64,000 bases of DNA from Chiloscyllium plagiosum. Taxonomy: Eukaryota. Under the pieces are notes generated by a model, which was not told the DNA's origin, did no database searches, and saw nothing but the letters and a program-made list of their open reading frames with translations. The stretch covers positions 7,615,117 through 7,679,116 of the forward strand of contig NC_057720.1 in assembly GCF_004010195.1 (NCBI RefSeq), in the 5' to 3' direction. Within the stretch, counting starts at the first letter, position 1. Every line of letters starts with the position of its first letter. This document shows, piece after piece, positions 61,823 to 64,000 of this stretch. A program made the translations under genes and the position numbers.

Positions 61823-62250
61823 AGCAGAAATGTTCACAGAATACAGCTCAGAAAAAGACATAAGTGACCAAAACTTTTGTCTTAGACTCGTCAGGACAGA
61901 TGCAAGAATGCCAAATTTCAAAGAGAACAACACTTTACACTGCATGAGAAAAAGGTGATGATTGGTTGGCACACTGATTGGTCGGCACACTGATTGGTCA
62001 AGATGTTTCCTTGAAGGACGCACCAAAGATCACCAGTGAAATAAGTCTCCCCGACGCGCTCCCCAGTGCATTCTCCATGGCAACAACTCCACCTGAGTCA
62101 GGTGCCAACTAATCATCACCATTATGTCTTGAAGTATAAATTGTTTTCTTCTTGAGTTTTGGTATTCTTGCATATGTCCTGATGAGTATAAGTCAAAAAC
62201 AAATTACGTCAATATGTCTCTCTTCTAAATAATATTAAGATTCTGTACAT
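61823..62250. mobile_element. Inverted-repeat element family D with CUGANGA cores and a promoter-like interior
   Basis: Arms 61823-61940 and 62134-62250. CTGATGA at 62179 and its mirror (TCGTCAG) near 61888. Confidence 0.55.
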
Positions 62251-63149
62251 AAAACAATTCGTTACGCAAAAACCATTTAGCATTAAAAAAAACTTCTTGA
62301 TTTTTCTCTTGAGTTACTTGGAGCAGGAGCAAAAAGTAAAATCTTCATTTCTTGAAGACTCCAGGGTGGCAGCTCGAGTCCAGGGTCATCTATGTTAGGC
62401 CTGCCCTAGCATATATGTTTCCTCAGTAGATTTAAGACGACTTGTCCAGAGGAGATTTGAGAAATAACGTAATTTGAATGTTCCAGTCCAATTAGCCATA
62501 CAGTGTTTCTGTAAGTGTTGAATTTTTGATGTGATCACTGACAGGTCATGGAGACAGAATGGGTATGTAGATACAAAAATCAATGCAAAAATGATACTAC
62601 CAAACCTCCTACTTGGAGAATATCGCATTGCTCGTCTTTGAAGCAGTTCTGAAGCAGAATGCGGACCAACAAGTTAAAAAAAATGCTTCGGGAAGACAGA
62701 ATCAAATGAAAATCAAAACACCATGGTTTCAAGAAGGGACGGAAAATTAGACCAACTAATTCCAGCTGAGTACTGCACAAGGCAGCCACTTTAATCAGGT
62801 GCACGTGCAGTTCATTTGTTCAACATGACTTTCAACGTAAGCACCCCGTGGAGTCAGCAGAATAGGACCACCAGGGGCACGTGGATTTGAGGTTAAAAAC
62901 CAAACCCAGTATGCACTTAGGATTGCAATTACTTGGCTCAGCTGAATGGTATAAATGACAAAAGGCACAGTCAACTCATCTAGTTTGTTCCATTACTAAT
63001 ATAGATCTTGGATCTTTGTTGAACTCTTTAAGGGTGCCGGCAAGGCTGTGTCTAATGATCCATCTGAGAAACCAGAGAAAGAAGAAAAAGACAGATGGAA
63101 AATGTCTTGCATTTGTATATCACCTTCTCTGAACTCAGGATTCCCACTG

Positions 63150-63900
63150 ATTACTTAAGAGTCATACAGCAAAGTAAAGGCCCTTCGACCCATCAAATCT
63201 ACACCAAACATAGCTATCACTAAAGACTCAATAATTCCAATTTCCTGCACTTGTCCCATATCCTTGAACGTTATGATATATCAAGTGCTCATCCATATTT
63301 GTTTTTAAAGGTTGTAAGGCTTCTGGCCTCCATTCCTTTCTGAGGCAGTGCATTCCAGTCTCAAATCCCTTCTGAATCCCCTGCCCCTTTACCCTAAACT
63401 ATGCCCCCTCATGACTGACCCCTCAACCAAGGGGAACAGCTGCTCCCTACTCACCCTGTCCACACCCCTCACAACCCAATACACTGGGAGAAAGTGATGG
63501 TGGAGAATCAGGGTTGAAGTGAGTGGCGCTGGAAAAGCACAGCAGGTCAGGCAGCATCCGAGAAGTAGCAGAATCGACGTTTCAGGCATAAGCCCTTTAT
63601 CATTCCTGATGTTGATGAACTGCGCGTGCTCTGCTGACTTCAGGAATCTATTAATACTTCCCTCAAGATCCTTCTGTTCCTCTGAGCTGCCCAGTGTCCA
63701 GACATTTATTAAATACTCTCTCATCTTCTTATATACTCCTTCATTATTGCAAAATCCTTGAATTCCCTCCTTAAGGGCATTATGTGTCAATGACAGTACA
63801 AAAAAGCAATTCACAATCACCTTCTCAAAGACAACTAGGGACAGGCAATAAATGCTGAACCAGTCAACAATACCCACGTCCCACAAGTGACAAAAACAAA
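63150..63900. mobile_element. CR1 3' fragment (-), family A element (63487-63640) and LINE-B tail (+, 63725-63900)
   Basis: Motif similarity to the copies described above. Confidence 0.65.
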
Positions 63901-64000
63901 TCTTGTTCATTTGGAAAGGAAGAATGTGAAGTGTTATGGGGACTAAGTGAATTGTTCATTTGGGGAGCAGGACCACACACATTGGCTGAATGGCCTCCTA

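Overview
This is vertebrate nuclear DNA, very probably from a cartilaginous fish (shark), judged from the HE1/V-SINE-like and HER1/CR1-like repeats. I could not support any host protein-coding gene, rRNA, true tRNA or CRISPR array. Every recognisable ORF is a decayed piece of a retrotransposon: CR1 ORF1 and ORF2, a second CR1/L2-group LINE, a Rex1/Babar-like LINE, and two Penelope-like element (PLE) lineages. The window reads as a large intron or gene desert, with dense nested TEs between AT-rich unique islands that look like conserved non-coding elements. The most interesting structure is a set of short, often palindromic elements flanked by 11-15 bp target-site duplications (TSDs), each carrying a minimal hammerhead-ribozyme core (CUGANGA-stem II-GAAA-palindromic dinucleotide-UH). 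One of these families is physically joined to a Neptune-type GIY-YIG coding fragment; the others are inferred to be PLE-derived. Also seen: a ~410 bp local inverted duplication inserted into a SINE, a three-level SINE/solo-LTR/SINE nest, a Tigger-like MITE family, a SINE-LINE 3'-tail partnership, a 39-bp minisatellite and a 67-N assembly gap. Repeat family names come from recognition by eye, not from a database search, and boundaries are approximate unless a TSD is quoted.
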